A stretch of 63,930 nucleotides of DNA, filler included, from Octopus bimaculoides (taxonomy: Eukaryota): assembly GCF_001194135.2 (NCBI RefSeq). It is 6 parts of 6 records of this genome, joined end to end, with 100 filler letters (N's around TTAATTAATTAA, not from the genome) between each part and the next. Parts side by side here need not be neighbours in the genome. Positions count along the whole stretch, not along the records: positions 21,837 to 41,950 come from NC_068994.1; 5 more parts are not named here. The stretch is one strand, 5' to 3'. Both the position numbers and the translations under genes were made by a program. The notes beneath the pieces are model-generated. The model did no database searches. It was not told where the DNA came from and was given only the letters and a program-made list of their open reading frames with translations. Shown here piece by piece: positions 25,552 to 40,551 of this stretch (position 1 is the first letter of the stretch; every line of letters begins with the position of its first letter).

Positions 25552-27294
25552 TATATACATTGTGCACTTCATACAGCATCAAGAGTTTTTAACTCTTATT
25601 TCTTGCAAAAGGTGCTTTGGGACCTTCAGTCACAATTAGTGATGATTAAAATTTTCTATTTTGGTTTTATATTGCATCTAGCTGTTTATACATGCATACA
25701 TGAGTACTTACATTCATGCATGCATGCATAAAGACATCCACTCATGTATACATACATACTGAAATGGATTTTAATCAGAATTTTCAGCCTTGAATGTTAA
25801 TCTGTTTGTTCAGCTAAACTATTAGACTATGTGTGCCTTTGTGTCTGTGTTTTGTGTTTTCCATTCCCGACCACTTCACAACTGGTGTTGCTTTGTTTAT
25901 ACCCCAGTACCTCAGCAGCTCAGCAAAAAACGACTGATAGAGAAAATACCAAACTTAGAAATAATTACTTGGGTTCATCTGTTCAGCTAAATCCCATCTG
26001 AAACAAATAAAAGATGAAAAATAAATCAATTGTCCATCCTGTATCTCCAGCATAGATAATTGCATATCTATGAATATATATGCATACACACAATACCAAG
26101 TTACCCAAAGTTTTGCAACCTCTTTGCCAAATTACCAAACACTGTACCTGTATAAAAAAAAAAATGTCAAATTTGGCAATAAAATTTTACCTCATTTGAA
26201 TATCTCATCATTAATATTATATTAAAATTGGGTAAAATCAAAAATCCAAGAATACCGGAGGTGATCTGCATCTGGAAAAGTAAGACAGTGAAAAGAAAAT
26301 TAGAAGAATGATAGAATATATTTGCCGTGAGGATTGTAGAATATAGTATTTCTTTCCTTTGATTTTTTTTTTTATCTGAGAGTGTAGAAAATAAGGATAA
26401 AACTGAAGTTGTAGATTGCTTTGGAGGAAGATGGGGACTGAATCTTTAAGCCTGAAATTCTTCATTGAATATTTGGGTATTTATAAAATTTTATTTAAAG
26501 TTCTTTCTCACAGAGTTGAATATACAAAGATAAACTATAAGCCAGAAGAATGTTCACCTCGAAGATTTTGTATAATTATAGAAAATAAATCTGGAGACAA
26601 ACCATGCTAAACAAGAACAACAACCACCCAAAATACTTAAATAAATTCTGAACTGACACTCTTCCAAATGTTATTTCAAAGATTTATACTATTTAAAAAT
26701 CAAAGTCACCAAAAAGCTGGTTACTTTTTCCTTAAGAATCCATTATTAAATATTACAAAATTTTATTGATCAGTTTCAATGAAAAAATAAAAAGGAAAAA
26801 ATAAAAACAAAGCCAAATAGCATTGAGACTTATACTGTGGATAAAGCCAGTAGCTAAAGATAGTAAAACTACTGAAAGAAATTTATAAAACCACTGGCTG
26901 CTTAAAGATTATACCTTCTCTATAGGAACTGTCTAAATTAGTTACCACAAATCTACTTCCAAAGTCACTGGAGCATGGAAAAGAAGTTAAAGTAATGTTG
27001 TAAAACCCTATTGAAAGTATTAGTGAGTTGTAGGGTGCCGGCATGGCTGTGTGGTTAAGAATTTTACTTCACAATATCATGGGCCTGGAGTCAATGTACA
27101 CTGCTCAGAAAGTATCTTCTCACATAGCTTTGAGTTAATTGGCAATTTGTGAGTGGAATTCGGTGGTCGGAAACTGCCATGTAAGGTGTGTGTGTGTGCA
27201 TGTGTGTGTGTGTGTGTATGTGTGTGTCTCCGTGCATGTATATATTATGTATATATATATGAATATAGATAGATAGATATACATACACACACAC

Positions 27295-27391
<97 letters not shown>

Positions 27392-28221
27392 CATATATAT
27401 AGCCGAATAATGCACAGCATGCCAGTTTTTGTGACTTCACAGACTGTTTAGTCAATATTAAACTATATTGGTTCGGTGGAATTTCTGTCTGGCATTCAGT
27501 ATTATGGTACCTGTTACCAAGGAGGTGCAAATTACACCAAAGTCATAACTGTCCTGTCCACTGGTGCTGAAAGAATTTCGTCTGCCAATATAATCTGTGC
27601 TTAATATCTTATAAGATATAATTTCTCAGGATGATTATTGCAATTTGTAATATTTGGAACAAAAAGTTAAGTTGGATGTGTAAATATATATATATATATA
27701 TATATACACAAACTAACATATGTTTTATACTGTTTATAAGTGTCGAAATGTGTATTGTATGACACAAATAAGATGATATTTTAGTTAGTTTACTCGATAT
27801 TTCTGCTGTTCTAACAGCATTTCTGCATTCAAAGAAAATTATTTTCTCATTTGTATCATATAATACATATTTCGATGCTTACAAAAAAAAAACCCAACAA
27901 ATATTAGTTTGTTTATATTTATATACACATAGTTGTGTATTTAGCTTTATAGTGTCTAAATTTGTGAATAAATTTCTCAGTGGGCAGTCTAGTGTAATGG
28001 TAAAGCACTTAGCCAGTGTCTTTGAGGGATGTAGGTTCGTGTCCCATGGTTGGTTGTTGATAAATTTTTCTGCTTTGCAAGGGTAATTTACCCAATATTT
28101 CTATTGTTCTAACAGCATTTCTGCATTTGAAAAAATTATCATCTTATTTGTAACGTATATATATATTTATATATATACATATACATATATATACACACAC
28201 ACACATATAAAAGAATTAGGC

Positions 28222-28289
<68 letters not shown>

Positions 28290-29460
28290 GCACGTATATA
28301 AGCATGAAGCATTTATATATACAGTATCCCCTCATCATGTTGCAGTTCCCCTATTTGCGCACTCAGTACATCATGGATTTTCTGGTTAATATATACTCTT
28401 TACTCTTTTACTTGTTTCAGTCATTTTACTGTGGCCATGCTGGAGCACCGCCTTTTTTTAGTCAAGCAAATCGGCCCCAGGACTTATTCTATCGGTCTCT
28501 TTTGCCTAACCGCTAACACACCAGCATCGGTTGTCAAGCAATTTTAAGTGCCAGTAAGGCGATGCTGGTAACGATCATGCTCAAATGGTGCTATTTATGT
28601 GCCACTGGCATGGAAGCCAGATAGCTGCTCTGGCAATGATCACACTCGGATGGTGCTCTTAGTGCTCCACTGGCACAGGTGCCAGTCATCGACTTTGGTT
28701 CAATCACGATTTCAATTTCGTGTATATATATGTGTGTGTGTATATATACATATATATATATATGTATATATGTATATATTTCTGTATGTATGTATTTTTA
28801 TATACATATATGTGTATATCTCTGTGTATTTGTGTTTGTGTTTGTTAGCCATTACCCCTTGCCAGCTAATGTTGGTTTCTTTACATCACTATAACTTAGC
28901 AGTTCAGCAAAGGAAACCAGAAGATTAAGTATCAAGTTTAAAAACATAAGTATTAGGGTCAACTTGTTTGCCTAAATATTTCAAGATAGTACCCCACCAC
29001 GGCTGTGGTCTGATGACTAAATAAATGGTAGAATGTAACTATTTCCATCAAACAATCAAGTCTTGAAATTACAAATGTATTTGAACCAACATTACAACTA
29101 ACTTAACTGCTTTCTGTATCCTTAATGATAAATGTTGCAAGCATTTTTCAAAGGAACAAACGCAATATTTATGCACATCAAGTAATTTATTGACTAAGAA
29201 ATATTTTTAATGAGCTTAGAAACATATGAGAATCAAATTATTTGATATTTCATCTATTCTAAACTAGACTCAGTGTCTTCAACAGTAGCTTCAAGTTGAA
29301 TAATGCATTGTGAGTGGAATTTACTTGTTAGAAGCCTGTCTTGCTGAAATGTGTGAATGTGTGTGTGTGTGTGTGTCCCCGTGTGTCTGTGTAGTATATA
29401 TATATGTGTGTGTGTGTATGTGAGTATGTATGTATGTATGTATGTATGTATGTATGTATG

Positions 29461-29522
<62 letters not shown>

Positions 29523-31249
29523 CACACACATACATATATAGAGATGTATAAGTATATGTTTGCATATATAAGTGTTTATATATGTGTATATATATATATA
29601 TTTATATATATATATCTTTGTAAGCAGTTAAATATATATCCGGTTTTGCATCTATAAAATGTTAGGCTTTATAGATAGTTTGTCAGACTCTATAAGGCCT
29701 AATGCTTCATGTATGTGGAACCATTGGTNNNNNNNNNNTGCATCTATAAAATGTTAGGCTTTATAGATAGTTTGTCAGACTCTATAAGGCCTAATGCTTC
29801 ATGTATGTGGAACCATTGGTCACTCTATGACCAGACATAAATTCAACTGCTTGTAAATACACATTACTGCTCTTTTCTTTGGAGCATGCTTCTGTTTTGG
29901 AGATATGATCCACTGATAATATATAAATGTATGCATGTTTACACACACACACACATGCACACACACACATGCACACACACACATGCACGCATTCACATAA
30001 NNNNNNNNNNNNNNNNNNNNNNNNNNNNNNNNNNNNNNNNNNNNNNNNNNNNNNNNNNNNNNNNNNNNNNNNNNNNNNNNNNNNNNNNNNNNNNNNNNNN
30101 NNNNNNNNNNNNNNNNNNNNNNNNNNNNNNNNNNNNNNNNNNNNNNNNNNNNNNNNNNNNNNNNNNNNNNNNNNNNNNNNNNNNNNNNNNNNNNNNNNNN
30201 NNNNNNNNNNNNNNNNNNNNNNNNNNNNNNNNNNNNNNNNNNNNNNNNNNNNNNNNNNNNNNNNNNNNNNNNNNNNNNNNNNNNNNNNNNNNNNNNNNNN
30301 NNNNNNNNNNNNNNNNNNNNNNNNNNNNNNNNNNNNNNNNNNNNNNNNNNNNNNNNNNNNNNNNNNNNNNNNNNNNNNNNNNNNNNNNNNNNNNNNNNNN
30401 NNNNNNNNNNNNNNNNNNNNNNNNNNNNNNNNNNNNNNNNNNNNNNNNNNNNNNNNNNNNNNNNNNNNNNNNNNNNNNNNNNNNNNNNNNNNNNNNNNNN
30501 NNNNNNNNNNNNNNNNNNNNNNNNNNNNNNNNNNNNNNNNNNNNNNNNNNNNNNNNNNNNNNNNNNNNNNNNNNNNNNNNNNNNNNNNNNNNNNNNNNNN
30601 NNNNNNNNNNNNNNNNNNNNNNNNNNNNNNNNNNNNNNNNNNNNNNNNNNNNNNNNNNNNNNNNNNNNNNNNNNNNNNNNNNNNNNNNNNNNNNNNNNNN
30701 NNNNNNNNNNNNNNNNNNNNNNNNNNNNNNNNNNNNNNNNNNNNNNNNNNNNNNNNNNNNNNNNNNNNNNNNNNNNNNNNNNNNNNNNNNNNNNNNNNNN
30801 NNNNNNNNNNNNNNNNNNNNNNNNNNNNNNNNNNNNNNNNNNNNNNNNNNNNNNNNNNNNNNNNNNNNNNNNNNNNNNNNNNNNNNNNNNNNNNNNNNNN
30901 NNNNNNNNNNNNNNNNNNNNNNNNNNNNNNNNNNNNNNNNNNNNNNNNNNNNNNATATATATATATATATATATATTATACATATATGTATGTATGTATG
31001 TATGCATGTATGTGTGTGTGTGTGTGTGTGTGTATATATAAATATAATGTGTTGTAGTTGAGAAAAAGTTAGCTGAGATGGAGGATTGGAAGCCATTTGA
31101 ATATTGAAAAAGAGCTACCTGTACCATGGTGATTCACGGCGAGTATCAAAATGCCAACATACAGTAAGGCTTGTAAGACATGACATGGACATGACAGAAA
31201 CAAATTCTCCTTAAGCCTAATTCCAATAGCTGTGTGAAACTGCTCGAGA

Positions 31250-31692
31250 CTATGGTCAAACCCTGGCTGTAGAGCATTACTGCTGGAAGAACATGTGTTG
31301 TAGCAAGAGTCAGCTGCTTACCATATCTCCAGAAAGAGTCAGAAGTGGTTGGCGAAGAATTTCTACGACTTATCCAGCTAAAAATTTCTAGCCTCCTAAT
31401 TCCACCAATTGCAATCAGATGGATTACTATATGTGGGGCATGGTTGAGAAAGATGCCAACTGCTCTGCCTGCAACATCAGGGCCAAGCTGAGGCCAAGAT
31501 CAAGGAGGTGTTTGAAGATCTTCCAAGAGACACAGTGAGGAATGCATGCACAAGGTTCTAGAATCATCTTGAGGCTATGATGGAAGTTAAGGGTGATTAC
31601 TTTGAGTAAGCCGTTATTTCCTACAATTTGGATGGAATATTGTATTTTCTTTTCCTTTTATGCAAGGTGTAAAATTCAGCTTCAACAGCCTG
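31250..31692 (+). mobile_element. 3' fragment of a maT/Tc1-like transposon
   Basis: Remnant KPWL...QESAAYH...SQKWLAKNF...PPNS...MDYYMWGMVEK...GDYFE*, followed by a TIR-like end (cagcctg|TA). Confidence 0.75.
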
Positions 31693-31708
31693 TATATAGA
31701 TATGTATG

Positions 31709-31739
<31 letters not shown>

Positions 31740-32412
31740 NNNNNNNNNNNNNNNNNNNNNNNNNNNNNNNNNNNNNNNNNNNNNNNNNNNNNNNNNNNNN
31801 NNNNNNNNNNNNNNNNNNNNNNNNNNNNNNNNNNNNNNNNNNNNNNNNNNNNNNNNNNNNNNNNNNNNNNNNNNNNNNNNNNNNNNNNNNNNNNNNNNNN
31901 NNNNNNNNNNNNNNNNNNNNNNNNNNNNNNNNNNNNNNNNNNNNNNNNNNNNNNNNNNNNNNNNNNNNNNNNNNNNNNNNNNNNNNNNNNNNNNNNNNNN
32001 NNNNNNNNNNNNNNNNNNNNNNNNNNNNNNNNNNNNNNNNNNNNNNNNNNNNNNNNNNNNNNNNNNNNNNNNNNNNNNNNNNNNNNNNNNNNNNNNNNNN
32101 NNNNNNNNNNNNNNNNNNNNNNNNNNNNNNNNNNNNNNNNNNNNNNNNNNNNNNNNNNNNNNNNNNNNNNNNNNNNNNNNNNNNNNNNNNNNNNNNNNNN
32201 NNNNNNNNNNNNNNNNNNNNNNNNNNNNNNNNNNNNNNNNNNNNNNNNNNNNNNNNNNNNNNNNNNNNNATATACAAGATTTAAAGTTAAGCTTAAATTA
32301 AATTATGTAACGATTTACCTGTATAAGAAGATCTATATCTATCTCCTCAGGTGATACTCAGTTGCTGTCTCCATAAGGAAATCTATATTTCCATGCTATA
32401 ACATCCATGGCT

Positions 32413-32459
<47 letters not shown>

Positions 32460-32860
32460 TAGAGAGTAAATACTCCCTTCAGTCATGAATGACCCAGGGA
32501 TTGCACCTAGAAAGTTATCCTTCAAGGCACAACTCTGGGGCAAGGTTGTTTATGGAAGATTATCAGTCACCCATACATACCAGCATCCCCTCTCCATGTC
32601 ATCTATGTTATCCAAAGGAAAGGCAAAGGCTATGCAGCTTGGCACCAGTGATGTCACAACTCATTTATGCAGCTGAGTGAACTAAAGCAATGTGGAATAA
32701 AGTGTCATGATCAAGAACACAACATATATATGTATATATGTATATGTGTGTGTATGTATATATGTATATATGTGTGTGTGTATGTACATACATACACATA
32801 TACTCACACATACATATATATATATATAAATATAGATAGATAGATAGATAGATATTCCCC

Positions 32861-32914
<54 letters not shown>

Positions 32915-33128
32915 CACATACACACACACACACACAGCTATGCACTTACACATGCATACACTTTCCAAATAATATCTTTTGATATAACTTTATGTAATAG
33001 ATGAAACAGAGGTGAAAAAAATGCTATCTAAATCACAATGCAAAGATATGCATGAAAAATACACCAAGAAGTATGAATATGGATTTAAAAACAAATTATG
33101 TATATATTTATAACTATGAATATGCTCG

Positions 33129-33164
<36 letters not shown>

Positions 33165-34294
33165 TGTGTGTGTGCATGTGCATGTGCATATATGTATGGA
33201 AATTGGGTGCATCAAACAAAAATAGTTTTGCTGAGTTGTGCCCCTGTATGTCAAAGCGGTCATAATCACTCAATTAAACAGAGATTTGTATAAGTATCAG
33301 ACTAAGTCAGTGTGCAAGCAGAATCGTTGGCACACTGTGCAAAGTGCTTACTGGCATTTACATTCTGAGTTCAAATTCCACCAAGGTCGACTTTGCCTTT
33401 CATCCTCTCGGGGTCGATAAAACAAGTACCAGCTGAGCAATAGGGCCAATATAATTGACTTAAACTCTCCCTCGAAATTGCTGGCCTTGTGCGACAATTT
33501 AAAACCAATATAAGTATCGAACTAAATACCATTATCAAATAGGAAAACTCATGAATATACTGTCTCAGCATTGTCACCATCTAAACACTGAAACCAATAA
33601 AAGACTAGAATTAATATAATTTTATAAGATTGCAGCATTATATCACACATTTTTAGGACAGTGGCCCAATCAGCCCAAGGTAAACCTACCATGTTGACTC
33701 CGAACAAAACAATGAAATTATTGATCATTTTTGACTTCAGGCAGAAACATAAAAATCAGTCTAGACAGCGTTTTATTCACTTATATTCATCTTTACCTCT
33801 TATAGTTCAGGCTATGCCATTAGCTGAAAATGTTGCAATCTACAGGAATTTACTCCAGTTTTCAAGTCATATGAATTGGATTACAGTGACATCTGCCATT
33901 CCGCCATTTCTTCCTCACTCTTTCTGAAACAAATGTTTGTGTCAGACAAATGATTTCCCTATTTCTTGCTGCAGTTAAAATGTGGTCTCCTAAGAATTGC
34001 ATCTATTAATGTATTGTTGTTGAAGCTGTTGTTGTTGCTGTTATATAATTTCACAATGCATTTATATAATTTTGCGACACACAGCTGTATAATTTCACAA
34101 CATTGTCATCATTTTAATGTTCACATTTCCCTGCTTGCATTGGTCAGACAGAATTTGTTGAGGCAAATTTTCTACCACCAGGTGCCCTTCCTGTTGCCAT
34201 ATTTCACTTGTGCGTATATATATATATATTGTAAGTAGTTATTTCAACTTTATATTTTCTGAAGCGACTCTATCTCTTCCTCTATCACTTTTTC

Positions 34295-34425
34295 CCCCTC
34301 TCGTTCTTCCTCTGTTACTACTACGTATCTCTCTTTACCCTTCTCGTTCTTCCTTCTGTTACTACTATATCTCTCTCTTTCCCCCTCGTACTTCCTTCTG
34401 TTACTACTATATTCCTCTCTTCCTT
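34295..34425. repeat. CT-rich minisatellite, about 3 copies of roughly 43 bp
   Basis: Recurring ctcgttcttcc(t)tctgttactacta. Confidence 0.7.
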
Positions 34426-34549
34426 TCTTTCTCTCGTTGCTCACCTATTCTTCTACTTCCTCCCTTTGTTTCTCCCTCTACCACTCTCTCTCTCCTCTCT
34501 CCCTTACTCCTGCATGGTCACATGCTTCCGGTCACTAATCTTTTTCTTC

Positions 34550-34990
34550 CTTGGCTATCGCCGAGCAAACATGCGAACTTACTTCATCCCCACTTTCAAG
34601 TTCGTGCCTCACAGCATTCATATACACATAATTTTTCACGTCTGGCCGCATTGCCTTTTCCGTTTGTTTTCCTGTCTTATTTTCTTTTTCATTTGTTTTC
34701 CTGTCTTGTTTTTTGTCCACCACTACATTCCTCCATGGCACAGGTTTAATTTGTGTATACAAATTTAATTTGCGGTCCATAGGAAGAGCCGTTTTAACGA
34801 TGCATCCTGCCCAACTCTTTGAAACGCCGGTGTTAAAACGGGGGTAGCTGATGAAGGAAAATATTCTCTATGTGGCTTGTGTGTTTTCCGTACTCTGGTT
34901 ATTATTATCTTCTTGTCTACGTTTTGTTTGCAATGTCCTGTACCCAGATATGCACCTATATATACAGGTAGATGCAGGTATGCACATACC
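34550..34990. repeat. Dispersed repeat, about 400 bp, with a second copy at about 36310-36680
   Basis: The two copies align along their length (aatttttcac.tctggccgca...gtagctgatgaag...cctgtaccc.gatatgcacc). Confidence 0.8.
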
Positions 34991-35427
34991 TGTACGTATA
35001 TGTGCATATACTCATTNNNNNNNNNNNNNNNNNNNNNNNNNNNNNNNNNNNNNNNNNNNNNNNNNNNNNNNNNNNNNNNNNNNNNNNNNNNNNNNNNNNN
35101 NNNNNNNNNNNNNNNNNNNNNNNNNNNNNNNNNNNNNNNNNNNNNNNNNNNNNNNNNNNNNNNNNNNNNNNNNNNNNNNNNNNNNNNNNNNNNNNNNNNN
35201 NNNNNNNNNNNNNNNNNNNNNNNCTTCGGAATGTGGTGAAGCAACTGTTGCAGAGCCCTTAATTATGTTTATAAATGTATAAGAACTTTTAAATAATTTC
35301 TTCACCGATAATGGTATTTACATACCGAAGGGCTTGGTAAAAATTATTAATTATTAATTTGATAATAAATTAATAAATTGATAATCCTTTACCCTTTTAT
35401 TTGTAATATATACACATATATATAGAT

Positions 35428-35485
<58 letters not shown>

Positions 35486-38400
35486 GTATATTGGTTTTCC
35501 TTCAGTTTCTGTTTGCCAAATTCACTCATGTGGCTTGGTCTAGTCAGCCTGGGACTCTTAGCCGAAGACACTTGCCCCAGGTACCATGAAGTGGGACTGA
35601 ACCGGAAACAACATAGTTGGGATGTGATTCACTACTACAAGCCTTGATCGAGCAGTTTTATGATAAAATGCATTCCAGTAGTGGCTTTTCCACACTTATA
35701 TACATCAGGAACTACAACAGTAACTGTTCATTTTCTCCAGTTTTCTTATGTATTAGAGCATCTTGAGGAAAGTTTAGTTGCTATTTCTAGCACATCAAGT
35801 GACCATATATTTAATGTAACACATATGCATTACAATCTGCATTTGTGTTCACCATTGATTTGAAAATAATCGAGAATTTGGAAGACTTTAGTAAAATAAC
35901 TTTCTTTATTGATATATGACATGTTATTCATCATATCATCATCATCATCATTTAACGTCCATTTTCCATGCTGGCATGGGTTGGATGGTTTGAGTGGGGA
36001 CTGGGAAGCCAGGAGGCCACATCAGGCTCCGATCTGATCTGGCAGTGTTTCTACAGCTGGATGCCCTTCCTAACGCCAACCGCTCTGAGAGTGTAGTAGG
36101 TGCTTTTTACGTGCCACTGGCACAGGACCCAGTCAAGCGGCACTGGCATCGGCAATGTTCAGATGGTGCTTTTTACGTGCTACCAGCACAGGAGCCAGTC
36201 GTATTTTCCTAAACCTTCGCATCATATTTACTCCTCTAAATCTAACAAGAAATATTTTAGGTCTGAATGTTTTTCTTTCTAAACCTCACGTTTATATATA
36301 TATATATGAACTACTTCGTCCCGCTTCCAGTTCGTTGCTTCACACCGTTCCACATACACATAATTTTTCACATCTGGCCGCATAGCCTTTTCCATTTGTT
36401 TTCCTATCTTGTTTTCTGTCCACCACTACATTCCTCCATGGTACAGTTTAATTTGTGTATACAAAATTAAATTTGTGATCCATGGGAAGAGTCATTTTAA
36501 CGATGCGTCCTGCCCTACTCTTCGAAATGCCTGTGTTAGAATGGGGGTAGCTGATGAAGAAAAATGTTCTCTATGTGGCGTGTGTGTGTTCTGTACTCTG
36601 GTTATTATTATATTTTTGTCTATGTTTTGTTTGCAATGTCCTGTACCCGGATATGCACCTATATATACAGGTAGACGTAGGTATATATATATATGTGTAT
36701 GTATATGTATACACATATATGTGATGTGTGTATATGTAGTGGGAATATTCAGTAGTCAGATAACTACATGTGATGTCACAATTCACTAGAATATTACCCA
36801 TGTGATAAAAAAAAATTTAACTACTCATGACTTTGTCTCCAACTGGCTCCAGCAACGATTCCAATATTTCATACCTTTCTCTCTGATCCTTAACATCAGT
36901 ATTAGTTCAGCACACCTTTGCTACTTAACCAGAGATCACTGAGGGACAGCAGAGATGAGACAGCAGACAGATGGCAAACTGACAGCAGCTAGATAAATGA
37001 CCTCAGCTACACTAGAACCAATTAACCTCACTTTGACAACAGTTACAATCACACCAAGGACAGTGACATTCAAACACTCAATGTTTTGCTGTTCATAGTA
37101 ACAACGGCTTTTTTCTTTGTTTGTGAAAAGAATAAATATTTTGTTTATCATAAATCTTAACCTTCTCCAGAGATCTTCTTCTTACATGCACAGACATAAA
37201 TGTATGTATGTATATGAACTACATATATTAATTGAATACATACTTCTGTCTGTATCTTCTGTCTGTTGTACACTAGTACTGGAAAAAAAAAACAAAAAAA
37301 AAAAACAGGGAGTGAAATTGGATGTGTCATTAGAGACTGAAGATGTTATTATTCAATGACTAATGCTGTTTTCTTCCAATCACTATATAATTATTTCTAA
37401 TTAGCATTTTGGTGTTCATTGCCTTGAAAATATTAACACGTTATTTATCTTAAATATAAGATACTACTGTACCATCCATTAAACGTAATGCAATTTTTCT
37501 ACTCCATATTACTGAAACAAATAAAATATGATGAAAATACATCTTTTCAACTATTATAAACTATTTCAAAATGTGTTGCCATTTTCCTTCTAAATACACT
37601 TTCTTTTTCTTTTCAATCAGTTATCTTTCCTTCTGACTTCAACATTTTTGCAAATTGTTCTATAACAATTCTTAAGGAGATTTCAAATCGTCTTTGTTAT
37701 AGGCACTCCTATTTCTGAATTTCTATTTACCTACTTGCTTCAAGAATTTGATTAAATACAAAAGAATTTAGATGGGAGTGTTGATAAATAACCTTCTAGG
37801 CTTCAAATACCAATGCAAACATCTCTACTCGTAACTATATTTTCTCAATAACTCACTTATCTAAATTCAATATTCTTCTTTTCTATAGAAAGGAAGGTGA
37901 TAAAATCACTTACTGTGAAGTGTAGAGAAAAATACATTTATTCCATAGTTTGGCTTCATAAAGTCCTAATTACAAACCAGAAAAAAAGTAGAAACATTTT
38001 TTCTTCAAAATTCAGAATTTTTTTCAAAACTGCAAATATTTTCTAAAATTAGAAATTTTTTTTAAGTTTGAAAAATCATTTTTTTGAAATGTCAAAATGC
38101 ATAAGTTTTATAGTTTATATGAACTTGCTGAAGTTGAAATGTTTTTAACTCCATCATTGTTTAGTGATTTTCATCTCTTTTCCATTTATATACTTCGACA
38201 ATGCTGATTCAAATAATCTACAGAATTCTCTATGCTTTTTTTCTTTTTTAATGGCTTTACCATATAAGAAAGGAAATGGTTGTGATATTCTTTGGGTCTT
38301 CTGAGACAGATAAGAAGGAAATTATCCTTTGTTTCTTAGATAGAAAATCTGGTCAGAAGCTTGTCATAGTGTAGAATAAAAAAAGGGGACATTTTGGCAC

Positions 38401-38568
38401 AGCTGTTTTGGTGACATTTATTTGGCATTGTTGATTCACTGCTCGCTTATTTGTCATCAAACATTTTAACATTTCTCTCATTCCCCACTCTCTCTCTTTT
38501 AGTTTTTTTTTTTATGTGTATGAGGAGATAGAAAGTGTTTATGTCACTTGTATTCAATTACTAAATTT

Positions 38569-38602
<34 letters not shown>

Positions 38603-38922
38603 TTCACTCTCTCTATCCATGTTGTATATTTATAAAAAAAAGTAGAGTTACCTTCTTGAGTTATGCTGACTCATAAGGACTGGTTTCCTAGTTTAAGGGC
38701 ACATAAACTCCCCACCGGGATGGGATGCCAATCCATCACTTGATTACACATTTTTACCATCTGAGTAGACTGGGTCAATGTGAAATGAAGTGTTTTGCTC
38801 AAGAACATGTGCTGCCTAGTTCAGAAATTGAAGCCACAATCTTATGATCGTAAATCCTACACCTTAACCACTAAGTCACATGCATCCACTGTAGTATATT
38901 TCTACAGACACCATGCATGCAT

Positions 38923-38983
<61 letters not shown>

Positions 38984-39689
38984 TGCATGTGTGTGTTTGC
39001 CTTTAATCCATCAAAGAGGCAGTTGTTATTTTTAAACCAGCAACAGATTAAATCTACTGTCCCAAAACAGGTGCCCTCCACTCAGTTTCTGTATATGTTA
39101 CCTCAGTCCACTCAACTGTAAAAGAGTATCACTACCAGCTTTGGAGTTGAACCTCTGATCGGCTGGCACCTTGATCAAAGGAGGGTCATGTACTTCCATT
39201 TGTTTAGATGCCTCAGGGACTGGCATAAACTTTGGTCTAATAACCTGGTAAACTCAAACCAGACCTTAGCAAGAACTCATAACTCTGTGTTATAAAATTT
39301 TGATTTCTTTTTTTTTTGTCTTTGCTCAATATAGGCGCAGGAGTGGCTGTGTGGTAAGTAGCTTGCTTACCAACCACATGGTTCCGGGTTCAGTCCTACT
39401 GCGTGGCACCTTGGGCAAGTGTCTTCTACTATAGCCTCGGGCTGACCAAAGCCTTGTGAGTGGATTTAGCAGATGGAAATTTGGGGTTTGCACAAAAATT
39501 GGAGAAAAGGAAGGGAAAAGAGGTTGAAATGAGATAAAAGTGTACATGGTATACAAAATATGTTAACATGAATGCAGTAGTCCTCATGATTCAGGAGAAG
39601 CTCCAGCTAGAGCCAATCAAGGAATCCTATAGATGCTAGATTATGCTGGCCACCAAAGGTATAAGCCCTTGCCCAACAGTTGTACTCCA

Positions 39690-40340
39690 ATCGAATGGTG
39701 CATACATTGTGTAAATTCATTCAAACTAACCATTGTTGCCACAGTCACCCACTGTTTCACAAATTCACTGAGAAAGAGTGTGCTCTTCTCTTTCCACACT
39801 CGCCTTTCCAAGTGGAACTTAAAAAAATGAATGAGGGCTTGACCAAAGTAAAAGGTGTCTTTCCTCAATCCTTGTCCACCACAAAACCTCTTTCAGCATA
39901 ACCACTAGTCAGAGGATCACTGTCTGCCATGCCTTATTAAAAGAGGGGTGGAGTATTGGGCTAATTTTCATAATGAATCGACTGACAGTCAGGTTCATCC
40001 TGCATGTGATAACAACTGTTTATAACATGATTCTACAAGTCAGCTATGGTCAGACACTGCACAAGCATGTGCAGTGCAGTTTTGTTATTCTGCATGCATC
40101 TTGAGCAGTCCCAACTGGCAGTACCTTCACACTTGTAGAGTTTTTCTCAGACTAGCAGAACTCCTTGGTAGCACTGACAGGCCTGGGATTTCTGGAAGTT
40201 GTCATGGTTGTACCTGGTCTGTAATTCCTCTCTGAAAAAGACCAGCTAGTTCATCCTTATCAATGCTTAAAACTTCCTTGAAATGTCATCACTCTTCTCC
40301 AACCAGTAGATTTTTATATATTGCTAATATAGAACTTCCA
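39690..40340 (-). mobile_element. L1/Tx1-clade LINE ORF2 3' relic
   Basis: Minus strand CYQGVLLV*EKLYKCEGTASWDCSRCMQNNKTALHMLVQCLTIADL fits the zf-RVT C-x2-C...H...C pattern, followed by an ORF2 C-terminal-like segment. Confidence 0.62.
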
Positions 40341-40503
40341 TCGACCACAATGCCTAATAATGCTTCATGATTTAGGTACAAAACTAGCAGATTCAAGTTG
40401 AGGGTATTAGTTGATTATATTCTCAATTTCCTTAGCTGTGTGTATTGGTGGGGCAGAAATGTCAAAAAAGATTTTCTCCTCTCTTTCTCTCTCTCTCTCT
40501 TTG

Positions 40504-40551
<48 letters not shown>

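Noticed and set aside
29647-29819. Exact 81-82-bp direct repeat either side of 10 N
   Set aside because: Typical unmerged contig overlap (assembly artefact).
34790-34860. GAAAC...CTGATGA in the dispersed repeat as a permuted hammerhead
   Set aside because: The sequence instead forms a simple 10-bp hairpin (CCGTTTTAAC/GTTAAAACGG); hammerhead stems I and II do not form.
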